Shown here in pieces: positions 48,261 to 57,322 of a DNA stretch of 64,000 bases. Where the stretch lies: positions 1 to 64,000 of the IMG/VR virus record IMGVR_UViG_3300017786_000003; one strand, 5' to 3'. Made by a program: the position numbers and the translations under genes. Position 1 is the stretch's first letter. Each line of letters starts with the position of its first letter. The notes under the pieces were generated by a model. It saw only the letters and a list, made by a program, of their open reading frames with translations. It was not told where the DNA came from and made no database searches. The DNA is from a virus.

Positions 48261-48467
48261 ATGACTAAGAAAGAAAAAAGAGAACTAGAAAGATATGCTA
48301 AAGCTGGCATTATTCCTTGTACAGAAGATAGCCAAGTGTATAGCTGGCAGAGAACAAACAAGAAAGCAACAGCTCGTGCTTCACACGGACCCAATGGTGC
48401 GTATGAAGTTAGAAAAATAGAAGATGTAATGGCTGAAAGGCGAAAAAAAAATAAAAAAAGAAAATGA
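48261..48467 (+). CDS. Small basic hypothetical protein
   Basis: 68-aa ORF. Confidence 0.55.
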   Translation: MTKKEKRELERYAKAGIIPCTEDSQVYSWQRTNKKATARASHGPNGAYEVRKIEDVMAERRKKNKKRK

Positions 48468-48700
48468 AAAATAAAAGTATAATTCAGTGGTGTATATACG
48501 TAGGAGTATATTTAATGATATTATTTCATTTGTTAAGTTGTAAACCAACTGTATATAATCCAGATACGGATCCTGAAGTCTTAGACTGGTACATTGATAA
48601 TAATGATACTATTATATATACTAAACAGGATTCTATTAGAGATGAACGTGAAAGGTGGGAGTATATTAGAAGCCTTGAACATGATAGCTTGTGGGAATGA
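48464..48700 (+). CDS. Putative lipoprotein
   Basis: Hydrophobic signal ending LLS-C. Confidence 0.55.
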   Translation: MKNKSIIQWCIYVGVYLMILFHLLSCKPTVYNPDTDPEVLDWYIDNNDTIIYTKQDSIRDERERWEYIRSLEHDSLWE

Positions 48701-48879
48701 GATACTTTAGTGTTTGGTACATACCGTATGATAAATTACTTAGTGATGACCCGCAGTATTACAGCAAATGGATGGCTGTAATGGCTGATAATAAAGGAGA
48801 TGCTAAACAAATGGGAAGACAAGATGGTCTTGTTACCAGAGTTGAGCTATTAAATAAGAATAACAAAAAGGTGTTTTAG
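48691..48879 (+). CDS. Hypothetical protein
   Basis: 62 aa, last gene of the plus block. Confidence 0.5.
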   Translation: MGMRYFSVWYIPYDKLLSDDPQYYSKWMAVMADNKGDAKQMGRQDGLVTRVELLNKNNKKVF

Positions 48880-48959
48880 ATAAGGGAGGGTAGGCAATAC
48901 TGCCAAATAATTTTATAGGTGTAAGATACCTTAATATTAAATGTTTAGCCCTTCCTTAT
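48880..48959. terminator. Multi-branch structure at convergent junction (probable bidirectional terminator)
   Basis: ATAAGGGAGGG/CCCTTCCTTAT closing stem; inner GGCA-ATAC-TGCC and AGGT...ACCT hairpins. Confidence 0.55.
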
Positions 48960-49379
48960 TTAACTCCAGAATATACCACCTACAACATCACCTGCTCCTA
49001 CTGCACCAGTATTACCATCAGCAGATCCTGTAGTTAAATTCATACCTAATCCTAATTTAAATTGAAAACCAACTTCTAAAGATAGATCTAAATAACTATC
49101 TGCTGCTACACAGAAGGTTGCAACAGGAATATCTGAATTGACAGGGGCTGTAGCTTTATCAAATAATCTTAAAAACATATCAGAACTAGTATTATTATGA
49201 AGGTTTATAGCATATACACTACCTCCACCTTTTTTAATAAAATCCAGATTGGTTCCAGCTGATGAAAGTACTCTATGAATAGCTACTCCACCAAATCCAT
49301 ATTGATTTGGCATAGCCATAGACTTTGGGTATTGTGAGTTTAAGCTTGATGACTCTGATGTATTAAATTTTACTCCCAT
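48960..49379 (-). CDS. Virion beta-sandwich structural protein
   Basis: IKKGGGSVYAINLHN....FLRLFDKATAP...G.QF..GL pattern seen in phage structural proteins. Confidence 0.55.
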   Translation of the reverse strand: MGVKFNTSESSSLNSQYPKSMAMPNQYGFGGVAIHRVLSSAGTNLDFIKKGGGSVYAINLHNNTSSDMFLRLFDKATAPVNSDIPVATFCVAADSYLDLSLEVGFQFKLGLGMNLTTGSADGNTGAVGAGDVVGGIFWS

Positions 49380-49411
49380 TTTATTTTATTTTAATTGTTT
49401 ATTATATTATA

Positions 49412-52400
49412 CTATTGATACATAGTACATGTTATTTCATAAGTTTGAGCTCCCTTAAATCCTACTACTGCACTTGTTCCATTAGTACCTATTACTTCAC
49501 CTTGGAAACCAGTTGTAGTATGATTTCTTGTTACAAATGAAAGAATAGAGGCATTACCCATACTTTTTACTATAGTACATTGAACTAAATAGTTTGCACT
49601 AGGTCTTGTTTGATTAAAAGTTATTGTAAACAATCCGGTTCCTGAATTATATGCTACTTGGTTATTTCCTGGATAAGTTGAATCACCTTGATTAACTATA
49701 CCACTAACACCAAATGAAAAATAATCACTTGGTCCTGGATCAGAAACAACTAAGTTTTTAACCTCAGTATACTTAACTTTATTGGCATCATCTACATCTT
49801 GGTATATTATTAAATCAGAACCATCAGGAATTGATCCAGATGCATTTTGTGCTGATTGGATAACAGAACTTGTACCTACATATTCTACAGCTATATCATC
49901 TGCATTAGCTTTTAAACCTGCCCCAGCTCCAACATTAAGTGTTAATGTTCCAGTAGTACCACTACCTGCTTCAGAACAACCTGTTCCTGCAGTAAGGCTT
50001 GTTACTAATGGTAATGCACTAATAGCAACTCTTTTAACAGTATTAGAATCGTCAGCATCATTAAATATTATCTCATCTGCTATGTCTGCTGAACCGGCTC
50101 CTGGTACTTTTACTAGGTTATCAGCTCCTACAAATTTAACACCTATAGTAGGGTTAACAGTACTAGATCCAGATTCTATTTCTAATGCTTCACCTGCTGT
50201 AATAGATGTAACTGTACCCGCTGGAGGTGCTGATCCTGCAGTAATTGAAGTAATATGTCCGGTTGAATTAACTGTTATGGATGCAGGATGAGCTGATGTA
50301 CCTGCTGAAATAGAGTCAGTGTGATTAACTGTAACAGTATTAGTTGTAAGTGGACCTGGACCAGTTGATGCCTCAGTAATTACTGTTGTTAAACCTGTTC
50401 CACCGGCAATATCAAAATTCTCATCAGTATTTACTACTTGAGCTGGATTTGTATCCGCTTGTAATGTAAATCCATTGTAGAACCCTGGCATTAAATAAAT
50501 CTGTTGTTTCTTAAGTGTATTACCATCAGAGGTATCACTAAACATGTAATAGTCAAGAGTAGCTGGATTTGACTCCGTAGCTCTTGCCATAATTAAGTTG
50601 TCTGATCCGGCTATATCAACACCAATTGTAATAGTATCTGTGGTTGAAGTGTTTACTGTTAGACCACCAAACGTTGAAGCTTGATTTGCAGCAGCAACTG
50701 TAAGAGTACCACCTAAATTAATAGTTTGCGGATTAGATCCATCACTTACAATAAAGTTACCAGCAGCAAAGAAGTTAGAAAGAGTATTCTTTTTTATAGT
50801 ATCACTATCACTTGCATCACTGAACCAAATAGAATCCGCATCTGTTGGAGTTTCAGTAGATGCAGCTAGTATAGCATTATCTGTACCAACATAGTCTATA
50901 TTGACAATTGGACTACTTGCTGTACCTGTAACAGTTATACCAGTTCCTGCATTAACAGTTGTACTACCACCGCCTCCACCAGCTGGGACTTGCCATGTAC
51001 CATCAGCTCTTAAGAATGTGGTTGATTGTGCTGAGCCTGATGAGTCAGGAACATATCCTACTACATTACCACCACCAAACTTATTTAAGCTAAGGTTAAG
51101 GGTGCTTCCAGAAATGCTTCCTGCAAAAGGAGTTGTATTTCCTGTAGTTAATGATAAGTTTAATGTTGTTAAGTTATTAAACGGTAAAGCAGATACTAAT
51201 GATTTCTTTACAGTATTACTATCATCTATATCAGAGAAAAGAATAAAGTCACCAGTAGCTGGTGTGCCTGCAGTTTGTACTTCTATAAAGTTATCTGTAC
51301 CGGCTATATCTAAAGCTATTTGTGCAACATTAGGTGTACCACCTGCTACACTAAAGTCTAAACCAGCTTGTCCCACAAAGTTTATAGTTTCTCCACCAGT
51401 TATTTGCTGTACTACACCACCATCTCCTTGAATACCAAAACTATCTGATCTAAGAATATCTTGAATAACTGCACGCTTTACTGTATTTCCAGCATTAACA
51501 TCATTAAATACTAAAGTATCTGTAGCAATATCTATTACTCCAGCACCTGCTGATAATATAAAGTTATCAGCACCAACATAATCTACAGCTACTGTAGCTG
51601 TTGGTCCTGTTCCATTTGTTACTGTAATACCATCTCCCTCATCTATTTGAGATATTGTACCACTTCCTGCATTAATCCATGCTGTTCCTGAACCAGTAGA
51701 ACTTAATATTTGTCCGTTAGTTCCAACAGCATTAGTTCCATCATAAAGTCCAGACCTTAGTCTTACATTACCATTAACATCTAATTTTTGTGTTGGTACA
51801 GTATTTATACCTACACCACCTTGTCTTAATATCATTGCAGTAGCAGCAACACCGTCAGTAGTTTGTATAAACTCTAGTTGAGATCCTCCTGCACCACTGC
51901 CATCCCAACCAACTTGTCTAATTTCATTTTTTATACCTGCTTGACCAACTGCATCAAAAAGCATAATTTGTGCAGTTATATCACTTACATCATTATTATT
52001 AGAATCAATTTTTATGATTGATGGTCTATCTCCAGGGTGTTTTATAGATAATGAAGTATTTGCTGTAGATTGACTTGGAACCCCTATAGCTAAACAATCA
52101 TCTGAGTTATGCCAAAATAAGTTTGCGTCACTAGATAATGTATCAGCAGCTGACCAGAATGCAACTCTTGTTGCTACACCGGTCCCTGTTACAAAACTAA
52201 GGCTTGATGCCAAGTCTCCAAGTTTAATACTTTTATTACTATCAGCTGATTCATCATATATCATTAACTTATCAGCTATAACTGCATTTGTTGAAAGGTC
52301 AGCTAAATTAAGTATGGTAGTACCAATCTCTATAGCACTACCTGTAGAAATTACATTTGATCCAAGTAAATTACCAGTAGAACTAGACCCTATAGATTTA

Positions 52401-53068
52401 TAACCTACACTTGTACCATCTGATATAATTAATTGACCAGCTGTTCCTGGTGGTAAAGGCTGTTGTATATTACTAGCGTTACCAACCCAGATGTTACCAA
52501 ATGGAAGAGTTACTACCGGGTCATCATCTGACCAAACAACTCTACCATCAGCTAAAGATCTTAATACTCTGTTAGCAGCACCTGCTGCATTACCAGCAGA
52601 ATCATGAACTTTGTTAAACAGTGTTGTAGCATTTGTTGTGTCTCCTGACGTACCTAATTCAACTCTTAATTTTAATACACTATTTTTATCAACCTCCAGA
52701 TTATCATCAACATTTAAATTTCCATTAACTATTATTGAATCAGCAACAGCATTTTGAATCATGATACTATCTTTGATAGCAGGATTTTGTACTAAACATG
52801 TTCCTACAGCTGTACTGCTATACATAGGTACTCTATGTTCTGTTGCAACACCGTCTTGTAAGACAACATTAGTTAGTATATCACATTTAATATCTCCGTA
52901 TTTAACTGCAAAAGGCTCCATTCTTGGAGCGTAAGTACCACCGTGGTTATTTAAAGTACTGGTTTGGTATAAACGTCCAATCTCTAAATAGTCTTTTTGA
53001 CTATCTAGTTTAAGCTGTTTTTTATTTCTCTTTAATAGGCCTAATACCTCTTGTATGAAAACACTCAT
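49412..53068 (-). CDS. Long fibre protein with six Asp-rich repeats and shared N-terminal docking domain
   Basis: 1218 aa, G/S/T-rich; six V.(V/I)D(Y/I).G.DN.I...F.D..D.NT.K repeats; VGINTVPTQKLDVNGNVR fibre motif. Confidence 0.8.
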   Translation of the reverse strand: MSVFIQEVLGLLKRNKKQLKLDSQKDYLEIGRLYQTSTLNNHGGTYAPRMEPFAVKYGDIKCDILTNVVLQDGVATEHRVPMYSSTAVGTCLVQNPAIKDSIMIQNAVADSIIVNGNLNVDDNLEVDKNSVLKLRVELGTSGDTTNATTLFNKVHDSAGNAAGAANRVLRSLADGRVVWSDDDPVVTLPFGNIWVGNASNIQQPLPPGTAGQLIISDGTSVGYKSIGSSSTGNLLGSNVISTGSAIEIGTTILNLADLSTNAVIADKLMIYDESADSNKSIKLGDLASSLSFVTGTGVATRVAFWSAADTLSSDANLFWHNSDDCLAIGVPSQSTANTSLSIKHPGDRPSIIKIDSNNNDVSDITAQIMLFDAVGQAGIKNEIRQVGWDGSGAGGSQLEFIQTTDGVAATAMILRQGGVGINTVPTQKLDVNGNVRLRSGLYDGTNAVGTNGQILSSTGSGTAWINAGSGTISQIDEGDGITVTNGTGPTATVAVDYVGADNFILSAGAGVIDIATDTLVFNDVNAGNTVKRAVIQDILRSDSFGIQGDGGVVQQITGGETINFVGQAGLDFSVAGGTPNVAQIALDIAGTDNFIEVQTAGTPATGDFILFSDIDDSNTVKKSLVSALPFNNLTTLNLSLTTGNTTPFAGSISGSTLNLSLNKFGGGNVVGYVPDSSGSAQSTTFLRADGTWQVPAGGGGGSTTVNAGTGITVTGTASSPIVNIDYVGTDNAILAASTETPTDADSIWFSDASDSDTIKKNTLSNFFAAGNFIVSDGSNPQTINLGGTLTVAAANQASTFGGLTVNTSTTDTITIGVDIAGSDNLIMARATESNPATLDYYMFSDTSDGNTLKKQQIYLMPGFYNGFTLQADTNPAQVVNTDENFDIAGGTGLTTVITEASTGPGPLTTNTVTVNHTDSISAGTSAHPASITVNSTGHITSITAGSAPPAGTVTSITAGEALEIESGSSTVNPTIGVKFVGADNLVKVPGAGSADIADEIIFNDADDSNTVKRVAISALPLVTSLTAGTGCSEAGSGTTGTLTLNVGAGAGLKANADDIAVEYVGTSSVIQSAQNASGSIPDGSDLIIYQDVDDANKVKYTEVKNLVVSDPGPSDYFSFGVSGIVNQGDSTYPGNNQVAYNSGTGLFTITFNQTRPSANYLVQCTIVKSMGNASILSFVTRNHTTTGFQGEVIGTNGTSAVVGFKGAQTYEITCTMYQ

Positions 53069-53079
53069 GATTTATTTTT

Positions 53080-53424
53080 TTATAAGTACAGTGCAGCTAA
53101 TTTAATGTTAGCTTGTGCTGAACAAGTTATTTTTATGTTACCATCAACATCATTAAAAGCATCAACTTCAAATGGTCCTAAGAAGCCAATTTCTCCTGCA
53201 GCTAAATTTAAAACTGCATTTTCTTTCTTTAATGTACCTAGTAAGGGATCTATAACTGTAGTAACTACCGGAACTACGGTAGCAGTAATAGCTCCACCAC
53301 TTGTATTCTGCACCCAGAAAAATTCTTTTGATGTATTCTTAAGTTTATCACCACCTGCAGCTGGAGTAACCGTGGTAGGTTCTAAACCAGCTTGTGTTAT
53401 TTGTTGTGCTGTTATTTGTGCCAT
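53080..53424 (-). CDS. Small virion structural protein (decoration-like)
   Basis: AAGGD...N......V.N.SGGAIT.TV...AAGE.G.LGPF. Confidence 0.55.
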   Translation of the reverse strand: MAQITAQQITQAGLEPTTVTPAAGGDKLKNTSKEFFWVQNTSGGAITATVVPVVTTVIDPLLGTLKKENAVLNLAAGEIGFLGPFEVDAFNDVDGNIKITCSAQANIKLAALYL

Positions 53425-53434
53425 GATTTAATTT

Positions 53435-53656
53435 TTAACTATTTCTATATCCATTTTTAAAAGCTGCTGACTGAACTGGTTCTGATGCTCTTGTGGACTT
53501 CATATCACACACAATACCGGCTTTAGCCAATCTTTGTCTTTTAGCAACTTTTTTTGCATTTCTCTTTTGTTGGGACTTCTGATATTGAGAAGTAGGGTTA
53601 AAGTACCCATTAGGTACATTACCATCTCCCAGCGGGAATGATATCTTCTTTGCCAT
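53435..53656 (-). CDS. Small basic protein
   Basis: 73 aa, K/R-rich. Confidence 0.55.
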   Translation of the reverse strand: MAKKISFPLGDGNVPNGYFNPTSQYQKSQQKRNAKKVAKRQRLAKAGIVCDMKSTRASEPVQSAAFKNGYRNS

Positions 53657-53661
53657 AATTT

Positions 53662-53745
53662 CTATTTATTAAGTAGATGTGATCCATCACAGATTCCATC
53701 AGGATTCTGAGTATTACCACATACACATTGAGTTCTATTTTTCAT
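53662..53745 (-). CDS. Minimal CDGSH-type iron-sulfur peptide (27 aa)
   Basis: Not in track: MKNRTQCVCGNTQNPDGICDGSHLLNK; exactly fills the gap between 53747 and 53656. Confidence 0.7.
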   Translation of the reverse strand: MKNRTQCVCGNTQNPDGICDGSHLLNK

Positions 53746-53746
53746 A

Positions 53747-54022
53747 TTATTTTTTCATTTTACCTAAAGTTAATGCTAACCTTGCACGTTGTGCAGTCTT
53801 ACCACTACCTTTAGCTTTTTGTCTCAACCAAGACTTCTTAATAGTTCCATCAGCTTTCATTGCTCCTGCTCTTTTAGCAGTTGCTTTTAAGGCTCCTGGC
53901 TTTTTAATTGCCCCCTTGATCCAGTTCTTACCAGATTTTTTTGCACCACCTTTTTTATAAGACACTACACTCTTAGGCATAGTTCCTTTTTTCTTAGCTG
54001 GCTTAATTTTTTTTGCTGGCAT
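53747..54022 (-). CDS. Very basic protamine/histone-like protein
   Basis: YKKGG, then KNWIKGAIKKPGALK...RARLALTLGKMKK. Confidence 0.7.
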   Translation of the reverse strand: MPAKKIKPAKKKGTMPKSVVSYKKGGAKKSGKNWIKGAIKKPGALKATAKRAGAMKADGTIKKSWLRQKAKGSGKTAQRARLALTLGKMKK

Positions 54023-54027
54023 AATTA

Positions 54028-54441
54028 CTATTTTTTACTTCTTCTTCCTTGAGCACTTGATCTGTTACCAGAATAAGCTCTTTTACCTGCAGCTCTTTTA
54101 GCTCCTTTACTTTCATTTCTTCTAGACTTCATAGATTGTTTTTTCTTACCTCTTCTCATTCCTAGAGATTCATCTAATCTAGAATTGTATCCTTGCTTTT
54201 TCTTCTTTTTAACTGCTCCTCCTTTTTTATAAACATCCATTACATCTCCTCCTTCTTGCATTCCCATGAGACCTCCCATATCTGCAAATTTTCTTTGTTT
54301 ATTCATTCTTTCTGGAGAGACAAATGGGTCTCCATCTCCGGTAGTCATACCCATTCTTGCGTACATTTTTTGACCACCCTTTTGTTTTTTCATAAGTTTA
54401 TCTAACTTTTTACTTGCTTTATAACCTGATTGTGCTGGCAT
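54028..54441 (-). CDS. Very basic protein with repeated xxGG motifs
   Basis: KQKGG, ADMGG, MQEGG, YKKGG; QGYNSRLDESLGMR motif. Confidence 0.7.
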   Translation of the reverse strand: MPAQSGYKASKKLDKLMKKQKGGQKMYARMGMTTGDGDPFVSPERMNKQRKFADMGGLMGMQEGGDVMDVYKKGGAVKKKKKQGYNSRLDESLGMRRGKKKQSMKSRRNESKGAKRAAGKRAYSGNRSSAQGRRSKK

Positions 54442-54453
54442 GATTTCTATTTT

Positions 54454-54921
54454 TTATTTGTTATTACTAATTGACTTAAATTTTTCTGCCCCTCTGCTTC
54501 CAAAGTAGGCTACATAAACGGTAATGAGAAGTGACTTGAGTAAATCTACCCAGCCAGCATCAATACCAAACTCTATGTCAAAACCATCTAACAAAATAAA
54601 TATAACTAATGAAACAGTTAAAAATATTAATGTTAAAGGTCTTGTGTTCTTACTTAGATATGAATCAGATTGCATATCCGCCTGCCATCTTTTGCTGACT
54701 TCTTGCATCTCAACCATATCCATCTCTAAAAGCTTTAATGCTTTTTCTTTATCTTCTGGTGGTAACACAGCAGGGTCTTCCTTCTCTATAAGAGATTTAA
54801 CCATGCCAAGTACACCTGCATCTGGAAGTAAGTCTCCAGCTACGCCTAACAGACTAGGAACTTTCTCAACAAGAAATTTTCCCACTCTGGTGTCTTTGAA
54901 TTTTTTCTTTCCTTTGCTCAT
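54454..54921 (-). CDS. Holin (3TM / GTA-holin-like)
   Basis: RWQADMQSDSYLSKNTRPL, TM helices, YFGSRGAEK. Confidence 0.8.
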   Translation of the reverse strand: MSKGKKKFKDTRVGKFLVEKVPSLLGVAGDLLPDAGVLGMVKSLIEKEDPAVLPPEDKEKALKLLEMDMVEMQEVSKRWQADMQSDSYLSKNTRPLTLIFLTVSLVIFILLDGFDIEFGIDAGWVDLLKSLLITVYVAYFGSRGAEKFKSISNNK

Positions 54922-54923
54922 AA

Positions 54924-55331
54924 TTATTTTTTCTTACTTGCAGTTACTTTACTTTCACCTTTAGTTACTGTAACATCTGTGTCAGTAACATCTACCTGCA
55001 TTGGATCATCTTCTTTATCAGACAACTCTTTAATCAAGCTCTTAATTATTTCTAACTCAGGCTTCTCTTCTTTTTCTTTTGCTCCAACTATATGTTGTAA
55101 TATACCTATCAATGCCATTGCTGCTGTAGATACCAAACCAATAACTGCTGTTAGTGCTCCACCTTCTAAAGCTGTAGAACTTACTACACCTATTACTACT
55201 AATACTGTGATATAATTTATAGCATGTTTACCTAAATGTTTAGATGCTATTTCTTTAGCTGTACTTTGAGCTACAATTTTATCAATCTCAATCTTTGCTA
55301 ATACTTCTTCTTTTAATTTTTCTCTACTCAT
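54924..55331 (-). CDS. Membrane protein (2 TM), holin-associated
   Basis: Two hydrophobic helices; directly upstream of the holin. Confidence 0.6.
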   Translation of the reverse strand: MSREKLKEEVLAKIEIDKIVAQSTAKEIASKHLGKHAINYITVLVVIGVVSSTALEGGALTAVIGLVSTAAMALIGILQHIVGAKEKEEKPELEIIKSLIKELSDKEDDPMQVDVTDTDVTVTKGESKVTASKKK

Positions 55332-55334
55332 AAC

Positions 55335-56177
55335 TTAAGGATATATTCTTATTTCTACTCCTGTTCTTATTAATTCACTGTCACCAAGACTACCATTTTC
55401 CTGGGTGCTTAACTGAAAGCTTGCAGTAGTAGCACCAAATATATTAATCACTACTGTTTGATTTTTTAAATTACCTTGTACAGGTGCAAAAAATACTTTA
55501 TCCATATCAGCTAGAGCTGTGTCCCAAGTACCTCTATACACTCCTGTAGTTATACGTGTCCAAGTAATATTATTACCTGTTGTATTTTCTAATACTGTTG
55601 CAGCTGGTGCACCGGTTCCAGATTGATTTAACAAAGCAGTGTAGCTTGTATACGGCCTTCCACCTGTGGAATTTATTGTTATTTCATTTGCACTTTGTGA
55701 CACAGTAACATTTGTACCTTGCACAATACTTCTAAAATTAAGGGTCTCCCCTACTTTATCTTTAAAAATTTGTGATCCACCACCTACATTTGCTGCAGTA
55801 TTTGGTTCACCACTTGTTGTTATCTCTACATAATCATCATCTGATGAATTAGCAAGAGTAAGGTTGCTGCTCAGAGACTTTAGTGATCTAAAATAAACAG
55901 TACATGTTTCTTCAACATCATCAGATTCTGTCTTCTGATATACTTGACCTGTGCCAGCAGCTGGATTAGCTGGAGAATTTGCGTGTGCACAATGTTCTGC
56001 AGCAACCTTAAAATCTCTCACCTTTATCACCTTTACACTTTTGTATGGTATAGGAGATGCTACACCTGTCATATCAGGCTTTTCATTCACCCCTAAAATC
56101 AATACATCGTCTAACTCAGCCTTCTTAGCAAAAACAGATCTTCTTATTAAACTTAATACATCAGTTAAAATGTTCAT
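55335..56177 (-). CDS. Short fibre protein with shared N-terminal docking domain
   Basis: MNILTDVLSLIRR N-terminus; NVGGGSQIFKDKVGETLNFRSI repeat; C-terminal YTALLNQSGTGAP...LENT...IEIRIY-type domain. Confidence 0.7.
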   Translation of the reverse strand: MNILTDVLSLIRRSVFAKKAELDDVLILGVNEKPDMTGVASPIPYKSVKVIKVRDFKVAAEHCAHANSPANPAAGTGQVYQKTESDDVEETCTVYFRSLKSLSSNLTLANSSDDDYVEITTSGEPNTAANVGGGSQIFKDKVGETLNFRSIVQGTNVTVSQSANEITINSTGGRPYTSYTALLNQSGTGAPAATVLENTTGNNITWTRITTGVYRGTWDTALADMDKVFFAPVQGNLKNQTVVINIFGATTASFQLSTQENGSLGDSELIRTGVEIRIYP

Positions 56178-56479
56178 TTTTTCTTCTTCTTATTCTTTTT
56201 CTTATAAGAAGATGTCCATCCCCCTATCTTGTATGGTTGTTTTGATTCAGTACCATCTGCTCTTTTTGCATTCCTTAAAGCATTGCCTCCCTTTTGCATC
56301 TTATTTATTAAAGAGTTAAGAGATACATCTGCTAGGTCTAGTTCACCACCAAGCATTTTACCAGATACGTCCATTGATCCTTCTTTAAGCATATCATCTA
56401 TTGCGGCTGCTTGAGCCCCATGCATTTTAGATGCTTTCTTTAATGCACCAGATATTTCTTTTAACTTCTTCTTTGCCAT
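56174..56479 (-). CDS. Small basic protein with xxGG motifs
   Basis: LKKASKMHGAQA; KMLGG, MQKGG, YKIGG. Confidence 0.6.
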   Translation of the reverse strand: MAKKKLKEISGALKKASKMHGAQAAAIDDMLKEGSMDVSGKMLGGELDLADVSLNSLINKMQKGGNALRNAKRADGTESKQPYKIGGWTSSYKKKNKKKKK

Positions 56480-56484
56480 GTCTT

Positions 56485-56586
56485 TTACTTTTTACAATCC
56501 TTTTTTTTACATACCCCTTCTTTACACCAGCCTAAGCAAACGTATCCAAAGGTTATCCATTTTATAAATACACAAATATTTCTCAT
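56485..56586 (-). CDS. Small Cys-rich peptide (33 aa)
   Basis: Not in track: MRNICVFIKWITFGYVCLGWCKEGVCKKKDCKK; ATGA overlap with the upstream gene. Confidence 0.5.
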   Translation of the reverse strand: MRNICVFIKWITFGYVCLGWCKEGVCKKKDCKK

Positions 56587-56717
56587 TTTCCTTGTCCTCT
56601 ATAGAGTTTTTTATAATTTTTACTTGACATCACACTTGAGTGTTTTGTCTTTGCATGAATCCCAGGTCTTTTTCTTCTTCTAGGTTTCTCATAAGTTGAA
56701 GGGAGAATCCGTGCCAT
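56583..56717 (-). CDS. Small very basic protein (44 aa)
   Basis: Not in track: MARILPSTYEKPRRRKRPGIHAKTKHSSVMSSKNYKKLYRGQGK; TAATG overlap. Confidence 0.65.
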   Translation of the reverse strand: MARILPSTYEKPRRRKRPGIHAKTKHSSVMSSKNYKKLYRGQGK

Positions 56718-56965
56718 TACTTCTTAGGCTTTCTTCCTTTACGCTTCTTTCCTGTTATTGCACCTGGTACGTCTCCAAGCTGATTACCTACTTCTTTTAT
56801 TGCTCTAGCAACATCCGCTAGTTCAGCTTTAGTTAGTTGGTAATGTTCTAAACTTTTTTTCATAGCTGCAACAACTTTTTCATCTACTTCTGTCTTAGAC
56901 CATAATTTTACCCAGTAATCTTGTGGGCTATAAGTCCATAATACATTTATAATTTTCTTAAACAT
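56717..56965 (-). CDS. Hypothetical protein
   Basis: 82 aa; basic tail KRKGRKPKK. Confidence 0.6.
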   Translation of the reverse strand: MFKKIINVLWTYSPQDYWVKLWSKTEVDEKVVAAMKKSLEHYQLTKAELADVARAIKEVGNQLGDVPGAITGKKRKGRKPKK

Positions 56966-56991
56966 AATAAATTGTTTTACTCTTTATATAA

Positions 56992-57077
56992 ATAATATAC
57001 AAATTTTGTCTCACTTTAGCAACAGAATCCGTTATATATGTGCTATCTTTGTTAGCCTTGTATCTATAATATACAAA
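56992..57077. promoter_or_regulatory. Overlapping divergent promoters: two TTTGTATATTAT (minus) flanking TATCTTTG (plus)
   Basis: ATAATATACAAA at 56992-57003 and 57066-57077; TATCTTTG at 57044-57051. Confidence 0.55.
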
Positions 57078-57107
57078 AATAAATTCACTAAAATAAATTA
57101 AATCAAC

Positions 57108-57296
57108 ATGGAAGAAACCGCAAATAAATCTAATTCATATACATTTAGTATAGATTTACTCCCTAAAGAAACTTTACTTGGAATACATACTGTAGATTGT
57201 CAAGTAGACTTAAATGAAGATGGAGTTTTACATGATATGAAAGGAATACAATTTGGTTTTATATTTTTAACCATAAACTGTATGAAAATATATTAA
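57108..57296 (+). CDS. Hypothetical protein
   Basis: 62 aa upstream of nrdB. Confidence 0.55.
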   Translation: MEETANKSNSYTFSIDLLPKETLLGIHTVDCQVDLNEDGVLHDMKGIQFGFIFLTINCMKIY

Positions 57297-57322
57297 TTTT
57301 TCATACATTATAATTACTTGAC

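Noticed and set aside
53679-53960. Plus-strand 93-aa track ORF
   Set aside because: Antisense to the basic protein and the CDGSH peptide, which fit the minus-strand operon exactly
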